A DNA stretch of 64,000 nt, taken from the NCBI GenBank assembly GCA_963782055.1, contig CAWAIF010000002.1, forward strand, positions 320,001 through 384,000. Reading direction: 5' to 3'. Origin of the DNA: an uncultured delta proteobacterium (lineage in GTDB: Bacteria > Myxococcota_A > Polyangia > Polyangiales > Polyangiaceae). Shown here piece by piece: positions 1-15,620 of this stretch. A program made the translations under genes and the position numbers. The first letter of the stretch is position 1. Each line of letters begins with the position of its first letter. The notes under the pieces are model-generated. The model ran no database searches, had not been told where the DNA came from, and was given only the letters and a program-made list of their open reading frames with translations.

Positions 1-1840
1 TCGGCTTCTCCGCGGACCTCTTCTCGCCCTTCGCGGGCTTGAGTGAGCCGCCGCGCATCTCGAAGAGGCGCACCTCCCGCTGCGCGTCGATGTTCTTCGG
101 GTCCAGCTTGATGACGCTCTTGAAGTCCTCGAACGCGCGGGCGTCCTTGCCGATACGCTTGTGGAGCATGCCGCGGTAGAAGTGGGCGCGCGCGCACCGC
201 GGGTTGAGGGCGATGGCGCGGTTGAGCATGTCGATCTTCTTGTCGGTCGCCTCCGGCGCCTGCGCCTCCGGCCGCATGGACTCCAGCCAGGCGAGCAGGG
301 CCAGGTAGTCGGCCTGCTGCGGGTCGAGCTGGTGCGCCCGGCGAGCCAGCGCCTCCGCCTGCGCGGTGTCGTTCTTCTTGAGGCAGATGTCCGCCTTCTG
401 GAACTCCACCGTCGCCGTCAGCACGGCGTTGATCTCCTCCTGCTGCTCCGGCGTCTCGCCGCCCTCCTTCATCAGGGTGAGGTAGTCCGCGCGCCGCTCT
501 GCGTCCGCGAGCGTCTGGTGCGCCTCGCTCATGCGCGCGAAGACGCGCGCGCACGAGTCCTTCACGTCGGCCAGCGCGGAGGGGAGGCGATCGGGGTGCC
601 AGGTCTTCGCCAGGGCGAAGTACGCGTTCTTCACCTGGTCGGCGGTGGCGTTCTGCGTCACGCCGAGCATCTCGAAGTAGTTCTCGCGGTCGATCACCCT
701 GGCGCGCTCGGTGATCTCGATGCGACGCGCCTCGTAGTCCGGCGGCGGCGCGGCGGGGGCCGGCTTGGGAGGTGGCGGGGCCGGCTTGGCGGCGGGGGCG
801 GGCGGCGGCGCGGGCTGGGCGGGCGCCGTCTGCGGGGAGGAGACCTGGGGCACGCCGTGCGGCGGCGAGGCGCGGTGGTCCTTCGACCGGTTCGCGACGA
901 GCTCCTCCACCGCCGAGTAGCTGCGCGAGAGCGCCTTCGACTTCAGCGCCACACGCCCCACCGCGTTGCGCGGGCTGGACGGCGCGGCGCTCATCGCGGG
1001 CTGCGACGGCTCGGGACGCACGGCGCCGCGCAGCTCCGGCGGCACCATCAGGCGGCTGGACGAGGGCTCCGGCTCGATCTCCACGCCGTCGGTGGCGACG
1101 ATCTCGATCTGCTTGGCGATCGCCAGGCAGTAGATCAAGAGCCGGGTCGTGCGCTCGCCCACGCCCTCCGCCTGCATGATCAGGTCGTCGAGCGACATGG
1201 GCCGCACCCGCAGCAGGTCGAGCAGGCGGCGCTCGTCGGGCAGCAGGCCGAAGCGCTCGAGCTGCGCGGTGCGCGCGAGGCGGATGTGACCCTCCCGGAC
1301 GCGCGCGAGCGCCGCGGCGGCGTGCGCCTCGCTGGCGTGCTCGCGGATGCCCGACCACACAGTGGGCATGGGGTCGATGGGGAGCGGGTCGCCGCCCCAA
1401 TTCACCAGGCCGTCGTAGTGGCTGTAGAAGGCGAAGGTCGTCTCGGCGTCCCACAGGAAGAGCTCACCCAGCTTGCGCATGAGCTGGGCGCGCAGCCCCT
1501 GGGCGACGCCCACGATGTCGATCGCCCCGCTCCCGAGCAGGATCTCGCCGTGTAGCTTCCGGGTGCTGGACATCTCGCGCAGCGACGCGTCGAGCTGCGC
1601 GGCGGAGATGAGCCCGATCTCCAGCAGCACCTGTCCGAGGTAGATCGGCGGCGCGCTCAGCCGGGCCTTGGAGGGCCGACCGCCCTGCACCAGCAGCGTC
1701 GCGTTCGCCCCGCTCGGCGAGACGAAGTCGAAGGTGCCGGTGAGCTGGCGGTCGTGGGCATACACCACCAGGTGCGCGAACGGCGTGCGCGCGAGCTGCC
1801 CCGTGGACGTGGGCGGTGTAGGGCGATCCTCGGACGACAT
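1..1840 (-). CDS. J-domain (DnaJ-type) + TPR protein, myxobacterial type; 3' end runs off the left edge
   Basis: Manual minus-strand translation from ATG at 1840 (MSSEDRPTPP...TPFAHLVVYAHDRQLTGTF); in-frame J-domain ENYFEMLGV...AYFALAKTWHPDRL (HPD near 590-598), then TPR-like helices; absent from the ORF track because there is no stop in the window. Confidence 0.85.
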   Translation of the reverse strand, partial: MSSEDRPTPPTSTGQLARTPFAHLVVYAHDRQLTGTFDFVSPSGANATLLVQGGRPSKARLSAPPIYLGQVLLEIGLISAAQLDASLREMSSTRKLHGEILLGSGAIDIVGVAQGLRAQLMRKLGELFLWDAETTFAFYSHYDGLVNWGGDPLPIDPMPTVWSGIREHASEAHAAAALARVREGHIRLARTAQLERFGLLPDERRLLDLLRVRPMSLDDLIMQAEGVGERTTRLLIYCLAIAKQIEIVATDGVEIEPEPSSSRLMVPPELRGAVRPEPSQPAMSAAPSSPRNAVGRVALKSKALSRSYSAVEELVANRSKDHRASPPHGVPQVSSPQTAPAQPAPPPAPAAKPAPPPPKPAPAAPPPDYEARRIEITERARVIDRENYFEMLGVTQNATADQVKNAYFALAKTWHPDRLPSALADVKDSCARVFARMSEAHQTLADAERRADYLTLMKEGGETPEQQEEINAVLTATVEFQKADICLKKNDTAQAEALARRAHQLDPQQADYLALLAWLESMRPEAQAPEATDKKIDMLNRAIALNPRCARAHFYRGMLHKRIGKDARAFEDFKSVIKLDPKNIDAQREVRLFEMRGGSLKPAKGEKRSAEKP

Positions 1841-1995
1841 CACCTGGCCTGCGCCCCTCGCCGCCGATGCAGCGGACGGACGGACGCATCAGGCAGCATA
1901 CACGCCGCTGCTCCCCGGGCGAAGCCTCGATGGCCCGAGGCTCATGCGGCGCCCGAGTCCCCCAACGGGCCCGGTGTGTGGCATTCTACCCGTCC

Positions 1996-6466
<4,471 letters not shown>

Positions 6467-6509
6467 GCCCGGGCCGGCGGCCGGCCAACGGAGCGAAGGG
6501 TATGACGAG

Positions 6510-7790
6510 ATGACCCAAGGACAGACCTCGCCGCGCCGTGTGGCGATGATCCTCTCCGGGGGCGGAGCGCGCGGGGCCTACGAGGTAGGTGTCCTCTCGT
6601 ACCTCTACGACGATCTGACGCGCCTGCTCGGCGGGCCGCCCAAGCTCGACATCATCTCCGGCACGAGCGTGGGCGCCATCAACGGCTGCTTCCTCGCCGC
6701 GCACCTCGCCGACCCTGTCCTGGGCATGCGCCGCCTCGTCGGCCTCTGGACCGAGCTGGAGCTCACCCGCGTCCTCGGGTTCGGCGTGCGGCAGCTCGTC
6801 GGCCTCCCGCGGCTCGCCCTCGGCGGCGGCGGGGAGGGCAACGGCCTCTTCGACGTGCGGCCCATGGCGGAGCTGGTCTCGCGCGAGATCAGCTGGCGCG
6901 CCGTCACCCGCAGCCTGCGCAAGCGGCAGCTCCGCGCCCTGAGCGTCTCCACCACCGAGGTCTCGACCGGCCGCACCGTGGTCTTCATGCAGACCTCGCC
7001 GGATCTCACCATCCCGGCGCACGCCCCGCCGCGCACCCTCTTCCGGCACGACCACATCGGCCCGCACCACGCGCTGGCGAGCGCCGCCATCCCGCTGCTC
7101 TTCCCGCCCGTCCGCATCGACGACGAGCTGTACCTGGACGGCGGCCTTCGCCAGAACACCCCCATCGCCCCCGCGCTGCGTCTCGGCGCCACCCACATCT
7201 TCGCCATCGGCGGCTCGCGCGAGGTGCGCGGCCTGGTCAAGAGCGAGGAGGGTCCCCACATGAGCCGCTCGCCCGGCGCGGCCTTCTTGCTGGGCAAGGT
7301 GCTCAACGCCTTCCTCCTCGATCACATCGACGTGGACATCGAGCTCTTGACGCGCGTCAACAACGTCATCGCCGACGGCACCCGCGCCTACGGCGAGGGA
7401 TTCACCGAGGGCCTCACCGCGCAGGCGCAGCGCCGCGGCGCGCCGCCGTACCGCTACGTCAACTGCTTCGCCCTCCGGCCGAGCGAGGACATCGGCCGCA
7501 TGGCGTCGCTCCACGTGCGCCGCGGCCGCTTCAAGGGCGACCCCTTCGTCACCAAGAAGATCCTCTCCCTGCTCGACCTGGGCGTCGGCACCGAGGCGGA
7601 CCTCTCCTCCTACCTCATGTTCGACGGCCAGTTCTGCCGCCAGCTCATCGAGCTCGGCCGCGCCGACGCGCGCGCCCGCCGCCACGAGATGATCGCCTTC
7701 TTCGAGGGCGGGGATGAGCCCGGCCCGCCCATCGACCCGGAGGAGAGCGGCGCCTGGACGATGCCCTCGACCTTCCCTCTCGGCACCTGA
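6510..7790 (+). CDS. Patatin-like phospholipase
   Basis: GGGARG, GTSVG (GxSxG) and DGG motifs. Confidence 0.92.
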   Translation: MTQGQTSPRRVAMILSGGGARGAYEVGVLSYLYDDLTRLLGGPPKLDIISGTSVGAINGCFLAAHLADPVLGMRRLVGLWTELELTRVLGFGVRQLVGLPRLALGGGGEGNGLFDVRPMAELVSREISWRAVTRSLRKRQLRALSVSTTEVSTGRTVVFMQTSPDLTIPAHAPPRTLFRHDHIGPHHALASAAIPLLFPPVRIDDELYLDGGLRQNTPIAPALRLGATHIFAIGGSREVRGLVKSEEGPHMSRSPGAAFLLGKVLNAFLLDHIDVDIELLTRVNNVIADGTRAYGEGFTEGLTAQAQRRGAPPYRYVNCFALRPSEDIGRMASLHVRRGRFKGDPFVTKKILSLLDLGVGTEADLSSYLMFDGQFCRQLIELGRADARARRHEMIAFFEGGDEPGPPIDPEESGAWTMPSTFPLGT

Positions 7791-7792
7791 CC

Positions 7793-8344
7793 GTGACGCC
7801 GCGTCGACCTCGCCGGGTGCCCTCCGCCGCCACCCTCGCCGCGGCGCTGCTCGCGGCGTCCGCGTGCCACAAGCCGCCGGACCCCGCGCCGGGCGCCGCC
7901 TCCGCACCGGCGTCCGCCGTGGCCTCCGCGCCCGCCTCCGCGCCCGGCGCGCGACCGAAGCGCGAGAAGGTCGACGCCGCGGAGGTGCGCGTCCCGCCGG
8001 GCAAGTCGCAGCTCCACGTCGCCTGGGACCTGCCGGAGGGCACCGGCATCAACGACGAGGCCCCCTTCAGCGTGCGCTGGACGGCCAGCGACGGCCTGCT
8101 GGAGACGCCCACCGACATCAAGGGTCTGGGCAAGGAGGTCGCGCGCGGCTTCGACATCCCCATCGCCCTGATGAAGGACTCCCCCGGCGGCATGCTCTCC
8201 GGCGATCTGGACCTGGTCGTGTGCGACGTCGCCACCCACGCCGTGTGCGTCCCGCTCCACCACCGCCTGGAGCTCACCTTCGCCGTACAGGCCGGCGCCC
8301 CGGCCGGCCAGGTCCACCTCCCGCTCCCCCAGGCGAAGCAGTGA
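7793..8344 (+). CDS. Putative lipoprotein, DsbD-N-like beta domain with a C-terminal Cys pair
   Basis: Lipobox-like LLAASAC, Pro/Ala linker, VCDVATHAVC; tightly coupled to the patatin gene. Confidence 0.6.
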   Translation: MTPRRPRRVPSAATLAAALLAASACHKPPDPAPGAASAPASAVASAPASAPGARPKREKVDAAEVRVPPGKSQLHVAWDLPEGTGINDEAPFSVRWTASDGLLETPTDIKGLGKEVARGFDIPIALMKDSPGGMLSGDLDLVVCDVATHAVCVPLHHRLELTFAVQAGAPAGQVHLPLPQAKQ

Positions 8345-8403
8345 TCGGAGGCCGCCAGCCGCGCACCGGCGTGGATGGAGGCCCCCCGCGAAGCGAGGTA
8401 TAA

Positions 8404-10428
<2,025 letters not shown>

Positions 10429-10437
10429 GCTCGCGCC

Positions 10438-11568
10438 ATGACGGACGCCTACGCACCGACGGTCGACCCCCACGCGGCCGCCCTCTCGCGCCTCCTCTCC
10501 ATGGTCGCCGAGGAAGCCATCTTCGGTCTCTCCGCCGCCCTGGGCAACGCCAACGACGCCCTCGCGGAGCTCGGCAAGCGCCGCAAGGAGGTGCACGCGG
10601 CGGCCGCCGCCGGCCAGCCCGTCATCCGCATGACCGAGTCCTTCGATCAGTGGATCGTCGAGATGTCCCGCGCGATGGCGTCCATCAGCCCGCCCTCGTG
10701 GATGCCCATGGCGGAGGTGCTCCGCGAGAAGGTCACCCTGGAGATCGGCGCGCGCGGCCTGCGCTCCCTCTTCTCCTCCAAGCCGAGCGACAAGGACGTG
10801 CAGCGCGTCAAGCGCCTGGGCACCCTCGCGGTGCGCGTGCTGCGCGCGGTCTTCGCCTCCGATGGTCCGGTCGACGCCGAGGAGGCGCGCACCCTCGCGT
10901 CGCTCATCGGCTCGCTCGGCCTGCCGGAGGCCGACGCCGCGCCCCTCTACACCGAGGCCCCCGTCGCCATCGAGCAGGTCGAGCTCTACGGCGAGATCGA
11001 GCCCTCCGTCGCGCGCGCCATCCTCCGCGGCGCCTGGCTCGCCGCCGCGTGGGACGCCCTGGACCCGCCCGAGGAGCAGGTCATCCGCGCTCTCTCCACC
11101 AAGCTCAACATCCAGCTCAACGACGTCGAGTACATGCGCAACGAGGCCATCGCCCGCGTGGACGCGCGCCGCATGGTGGGCCTCGCCACCGTCGACGCCG
11201 TCCGCTTCATGCTCTCCGATCGCGTGCCCGGCCAAGGCACCAAGCTCGCGGCCGACGCCGGCGCCCTCATGCTCCCGCGCCGCTACCGGGAGGAGGCGCT
11301 CGCCCAGGTCACGCAGAACACGCCGGTCGCCCTCACGCAGCGCTACAAGGGCATCTCCGGCGACGAGAAGACGAGCGTCCTCGGCATCGCCTGGGCCGCC
11401 GCCCTGGTGGAGGACCCGAGCGTGTCGCGCCAGGCGCTCCTGCGCGCGCGCCTGGATCGCCTCGCGCAGGACCTCGGCGAGAAGGCCGACGGCGCGCGCA
11501 AGATCGTCGACGAGATGGTCTGGGCCTGCCTCGCCGACGCGGCCGCGACGACGGTGCGTGCGTCGTGA
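10438..11568 (+). CDS. Hypothetical protein with TerB-like helical repeats
   Basis: Clean high-GC3 ORF between ligA and proC; FASDGPVDAEE resembles the TerB ADG-x-V-x3-E motif. Confidence 0.6.
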   Translation: MTDAYAPTVDPHAAALSRLLSMVAEEAIFGLSAALGNANDALAELGKRRKEVHAAAAAGQPVIRMTESFDQWIVEMSRAMASISPPSWMPMAEVLREKVTLEIGARGLRSLFSSKPSDKDVQRVKRLGTLAVRVLRAVFASDGPVDAEEARTLASLIGSLGLPEADAAPLYTEAPVAIEQVELYGEIEPSVARAILRGAWLAAAWDALDPPEEQVIRALSTKLNIQLNDVEYMRNEAIARVDARRMVGLATVDAVRFMLSDRVPGQGTKLAADAGALMLPRRYREEALAQVTQNTPVALTQRYKGISGDEKTSVLGIAWAAALVEDPSVSRQALLRARLDRLAQDLGEKADGARKIVDEMVWACLADAAATTVRAS

Positions 11569-12398
11569 AGGGCAAGACCATCGGCTTCCTCGGCGCCGGC
11601 AACATGGCGGGCGCCCTCATCAAGGGCCTGCTGCACTCGCAGACCCTCGCGGCCGACGCCATCATCGCGAGCGACGTCAAGCCGGACCGCCTGCGCCAGC
11701 TCCACGAGGAGCACGGCATCCGCACCACGCCGGACAACCACGCCCTGGTCCGCGCCGCGGGCGTCATCGTCCTGTCCGTCAAGCCGCAGGTCATCGACAA
11801 GGTCCTCTCCGCCATCGCGCCGGACGTGCGCGCCGATCAGCTCGTCGTCTCGGTCGCCGCCGGCGTCCCCGTCTCGGTGCTGGAGGCGCGCCTCCCCACC
11901 GGCACCCACGTCGTGCGGGCGATGCCCAACACCCCGGCGATCGTCCTCGCCGGCGCGACGGCCATCGCTCCCGGTACGCACGCGACCGACGAGGACATGG
12001 CGATCGCCCGGGCCCTCTTCGAGGCGGTCGGCAGGGTCGTCGCCCTGGAGGAGACGCTGCTCGACGCGGTCACCGGCCTCTCCGGCAGCGGTCCGGCGTA
12101 CGTCATGCTGATGATCGAGGCCCTCGCCGACGGCGGCGTGAAGGTCGGCCTGCACCGCGACACCGCGCTGCTGCTCGCGGCGCAGACGGTCTACGGCTCG
12201 GCGAAGCTCCTGCTGGAGACAGGCGAGCACCCCGGCCGCCTGAAGGACCAGGTGACGAGCCCCGGCGGCACCGCCATCGCCGGCCTGCACACCCTGGAGT
12301 CCGGCGGCCTGCGCCGCACCCTCATCGACGCCGTGGAGACCGCCACCAAGCGCGCCGCCGAGCTGGGCGAGCAGATGGCGAGCAAGATCCAGAAGTGA
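11565..12398 (+). CDS. proC: Pyrroline-5-carboxylate reductase
   Basis: GFLGAGNMA, RAMPNTP, GLSGSGPAY, VTSPGGTAIAG; GTG start overlaps the upstream TGA. Confidence 0.97.
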   Translation: MKGKTIGFLGAGNMAGALIKGLLHSQTLAADAIIASDVKPDRLRQLHEEHGIRTTPDNHALVRAAGVIVLSVKPQVIDKVLSAIAPDVRADQLVVSVAAGVPVSVLEARLPTGTHVVRAMPNTPAIVLAGATAIAPGTHATDEDMAIARALFEAVGRVVALEETLLDAVTGLSGSGPAYVMLMIEALADGGVKVGLHRDTALLLAAQTVYGSAKLLLETGEHPGRLKDQVTSPGGTAIAGLHTLESGGLRRTLIDAVETATKRAAELGEQMASKIQK

Positions 12399-12401
12399 TC
12401 G

Positions 12402-12851
12402 CTACTGCGTGGTGCAGCGGTTCTCGTTGACCTGCACGCACACCGCGTACTCGGTCTGCCCGTCCAGGAGCTGCGCCGCCTGCGCGCACGAGGTCGCCAC
12501 GCCGATGGGGCACAGCTCGCCGTAGCACGCGCACTCCAGATCGATGACGCCCGCCTGCGGGCGGAAGCCGCAGTCGGGGTAGATGTCGTGGTCCACGACG
12601 ACGTCGGGGCACGCCGTGATCGCGGTGCAGAGCGTCGCGCCGGTGTACGGGTCCTGTCCGCAGTCGATGCCCTGGGACGTCGTCGCCGCGTCGCCCGCAG
12701 TTCCCGCCGCGCTGTCGCTCGAGGTGCCGCCGTCGCTCGAGGTGCCGCCGTCGCTCGACGTCCCCGCGTCCTTGGGCGAGCCGGTGCCCAGGTTGAAGCC
12801 GATGCAAGAGCACAACCCGAGCGCGGCGAGCGAGGACCAGAGGGCGCGCAT
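12402..12851 (-). CDS. Small Cys-rich lipoprotein
   Basis: C-terminal part of ORF 12402-13814 from ATG 12851: MRALWSSLAALGLCSC, GTSSD(G) x3 linker, 8-Cys C-terminal domain. Confidence 0.7.
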   Translation of the reverse strand: MRALWSSLAALGLCSCIGFNLGTGSPKDAGTSSDGGTSSDGGTSSDSAAGTAGDAATTSQGIDCGQDPYTGATLCTAITACPDVVVDHDIYPDCGFRPQAGVIDLECACYGELCPIGVATSCAQAAQLLDGQTEYAVCVQVNENRCTTQ

Positions 12852-12898
12852 GGTCGACGCATGCACCCCCGCGCCGCCGCGGGCCAAGTTTGTTGCGC

Positions 12899-14062
12899 TC
12901 AGGTGGCCAGCAGCGACGAGGGCGGACGGAAATCGGCGGGCACGCCCGCCAGCCCGCGCTCGAGCATGTCCTCCCAGTAGCGCGTCCCGAGCTGCACGGC
13001 GTAGGCGTCCAGCAAGGACGAGAGCGAGCGGACGCGCTCCACCGCGGCGATCACCCCGCGGAGCGCCGGGAACAGCGGCGTGAGGCGCGAGCGCGGGATG
13101 CCCAGCTTGTCGGCGAGCTCCGCGCCGAGCAGCCGCCGGCTGATCCCCCGCGCCACGGGCGCCATCCTCGCGGCGCGCCGGCGCTCCGCGTCGGTCCGCG
13201 CGCGCCTCCGGCCCACCTCCATCAGCGCGGCCGTCAGCGCTCGCGAGTCGGCGTCGGGCTCGCCCTGCGTGCGCACGATGAGGTCGGCGAGCTTCAGCCC
13301 ATCCTGCTCCGTCGGCGGCAAGAGCTCGGGGTCCACACCCAGCACGCTGCCGACGTAGCGCCAGAGCTGCACGTAGCGCTGCGCCTCCGCCACCGTCACG
13401 CGGAAGCCGAGCTTGCGCAGGCCGGCCAGCACCACCAGAGAGAAGAGCATCGTCGTCGCGACCATGTCGTGCTGGTTGATGGGCGCGCCCCACGCGTCGG
13501 CGTCCCAGCGGCCGGAGTCCTCCAGCAGCCGCCGCACATGCGCGTGCACCAGGCGCACGCGCACCGCGATGCAGAAGCCGTCGGCGCCGCGGCGCATCCC
13601 GCCGGGCAGACACACCGCGTGCACGAAGCGCCCCGTCTCGGTCAGCCGCCGGGGTGCCTGCTCCATCAAGCGTCCGCTCATGGCGAGCGGCTTGTTGCCC
13701 CCGGGCGACGCGTAGCCGTACGGCAGCGACTGCAACCCCAGGATGAGCCCGCCGAAGTACCCGGCGCGCAGCAGCACCTCGCCGCCGCGGTCGAGCGTCC
13801 CCCAGTCCACCCACGGCGGCACGCGCTCCACCGCCTCGAAGAGCGCGCGCACCGCGGGGTGCGCGTCGGGCACGCTCGCGACGCCGCGCGCCAGGGCCGC
13901 CTCCACCTGTCGCCAGCCGGCGCCGGGGGGCATCTCGTCGAAGGCGGAGACCACCGCGTCGGCGAGCGGGTCGGTGCGCAGGAGGTACGGCGCGAGCCTG
14001 TCGACGCGGTCTCCGTGCGCCGCGCGCGCGGCCGTCGTGGCGAGGAAGCGGGTCGGGATCAC
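12899..14062 (-). CDS. DUF2236 / MpaB-family oxygenase-like protein
   Basis: DPLADAVV, PPWVDW, RRLTETGRF, VRLVHAHVR, WGAPINQHDM, WRYVGSVLGV; start approximate (GTG 14062 or TTG 14065). Confidence 0.85.
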   Translation of the reverse strand: MIPTRFLATTAARAAHGDRVDRLAPYLLRTDPLADAVVSAFDEMPPGAGWRQVEAALARGVASVPDAHPAVRALFEAVERVPPWVDWGTLDRGGEVLLRAGYFGGLILGLQSLPYGYASPGGNKPLAMSGRLMEQAPRRLTETGRFVHAVCLPGGMRRGADGFCIAVRVRLVHAHVRRLLEDSGRWDADAWGAPINQHDMVATTMLFSLVVLAGLRKLGFRVTVAEAQRYVQLWRYVGSVLGVDPELLPPTEQDGLKLADLIVRTQGEPDADSRALTAALMEVGRRRARTDAERRRAARMAPVARGISRRLLGAELADKLGIPRSRLTPLFPALRGVIAAVERVRSLSSLLDAYAVQLGTRYWEDMLERGLAGVPADFRPPSSLLAT

Positions 14063-14120
14063 CAACGCTTCTTCTATACGACGGTTCGCGCGCCCGTTCG
14101 AGCGCCTCGACCGCGGCGCG

Positions 14121-15575
14121 TCACTGCGCGGCGCTCTCGACCTGGTAGACGTCCTTCGCGACGCCGTCAGCGCCCCCGTTGTCGCTGGCGCCGCCGAAGC
14201 CACCCTTGCCCGCCGCGCCCACCTGCACGTCGGCGGTCACCTCCGGCGCGTGCACGTCGTACATGACGCCCACCGAGACGCCGCCGGCGCCGCCGGCGCC
14301 GGTGCCGCCGTGGCCGCCGTGGCCACCGCCGCCGCTCGCGCAGATCCCGCCGGCGGCCTGCCCGCCCACCTGCCCCGACTGAGCATTCGAGCCCAAGCCG
14401 CCGTGGCCGCCTGCGTGCGTGACGATCTCACCGCCGCTCACCACCAGCGTCGTCTCGCCCGCGGCGAGCACGCCGATGCTCCCGCCGCCGCCCTGCCCGC
14501 CGCCGCCGCCCGCGCCGCCACACCCGCCGCACGATCCGCCGGGACCTCCGTAGCCGTAGTTGCCGGAGGCGCCGCCGCCGCCCTGGCCCACGCCGCCGCT
14601 CTGGCCGGCCGAACCGTCCTGCGGGGCCCATTTCCCCTGCGCGTCCAGCCCACCCACGATCGGGGCCGCCACGCCCTCCTTACCCACCGCCCCGGCCGCG
14701 CCGGTGTGCCCGGCACCGCACTGCGCGTTGCCCAGGTTGAAGAGGCCGCCGGCGCCGTCGACGCCCGCCTGCACCACGGTGTCGGCCGGGCTGCCCTTGG
14801 CGCCGTCGGTGCCCTTCGCGCCGCCCGCGCCGCCGAGGGAGTACGTCCCGTCCTTGCAGGAGCACTTCTTGGATGTGCCGCCGCTCACGCCGGACGCCGC
14901 GCTGCCCACGACGCTCGGGTCGTTGCTGGCGACGGGGTCGTAGTTGCTGCCGGGCACGCCGCCCGCGCCATCCTGTCCGCGCCCGGCCTCGATGTGCGCC
15001 CCCACGAAGGAGACCTTGCCCGCGTCGTGCAGCGCCACGGCCGTGCTCGTCTGGCCGGGCTGCCCGGCGTCGCGCGCGACGATGGACACGTCCTCGAAGA
15101 CGTGCGCGCCGCCTGTGCCGGTCATCGTCAGCGGGTTCGGGCCGGCCCCGAGGGTCGACGCGTCGCCGGTGTAGCTCCAGTCGGCGCAGGAGAAGCCGCC
15201 GTAGAGGTTGGCGGCGTGGGAGGCGTCCATCGTGACGTCCTCCGGGTACGCGCCGGCGCACAGGAAGATGGTGCCGCGTCCGTCGAGCATCTTCAGGGCG
15301 GCGCCCACCGTGCGCAGCGGCGCGGTACGTGAGCCCGCCCCGGTCTGATCGTCACCGTTGGGCGAGACGAAGACGCCTGCGGTCTCGGTCACGCACGCCG
15401 GATCGTCCTTCGGCTCCTGTCCGGACGCGCATGTGGGCGTGGTGCCGCCGTCAGCGCTGGTGCCGCCGGTGCTGTCGCCTGGCAGCTCGCCGCCCGGAGC
15501 GAAGGTGTCCGCCGTGCACCCGACGACGAGCGCGAGCACCGAGAGACCGAGAAGACCGAAGACCCGACCGACCAT
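14121..15575 (-). CDS. Gly-rich (PGRS-like) lipoprotein with DUF1565-like N-terminal domain, paralog L2
   Basis: Lipobox LVVGC; GVFVSPNGDD...APLRTVGAAL; LYGGFSCADWSY; poly-Gly motifs GGSCGGCGG, GAGGAGGVSVG. Confidence 0.85.
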   Translation of the reverse strand: MVGRVFGLLGLSVLALVVGCTADTFAPGGELPGDSTGGTSADGGTTPTCASGQEPKDDPACVTETAGVFVSPNGDDQTGAGSRTAPLRTVGAALKMLDGRGTIFLCAGAYPEDVTMDASHAANLYGGFSCADWSYTGDASTLGAGPNPLTMTGTGGAHVFEDVSIVARDAGQPGQTSTAVALHDAGKVSFVGAHIEAGRGQDGAGGVPGSNYDPVASNDPSVVGSAASGVSGGTSKKCSCKDGTYSLGGAGGAKGTDGAKGSPADTVVQAGVDGAGGLFNLGNAQCGAGHTGAAGAVGKEGVAAPIVGGLDAQGKWAPQDGSAGQSGGVGQGGGGASGNYGYGGPGGSCGGCGGAGGGGGQGGGGSIGVLAAGETTLVVSGGEIVTHAGGHGGLGSNAQSGQVGGQAAGGICASGGGGHGGHGGTGAGGAGGVSVGVMYDVHAPEVTADVQVGAAGKGGFGGASDNGGADGVAKDVYQVESAAQ

Positions 15576-15620
15576 GGACCACCTCCGCGGTGCCCATCGG
15601 CCGGGGGCGTCGGGAGGTTG

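Noticed and set aside
161..1555. 464-aa + strand ORF and other long overlapping ORFs (e.g. 7645-11235, 45831-48443, 55139-57169, 60392-63478)
   Set aside because: Antisense or off-frame shadows of recognisable genes, as expected in high-GC DNA; no motifs of their own.
12714..12766. 18-bp tandem repeats (GTSSDG) and the 27-bp repeat at 40547-40600
   Set aside because: In-frame low-complexity linker expansions with no sign of an independent function.
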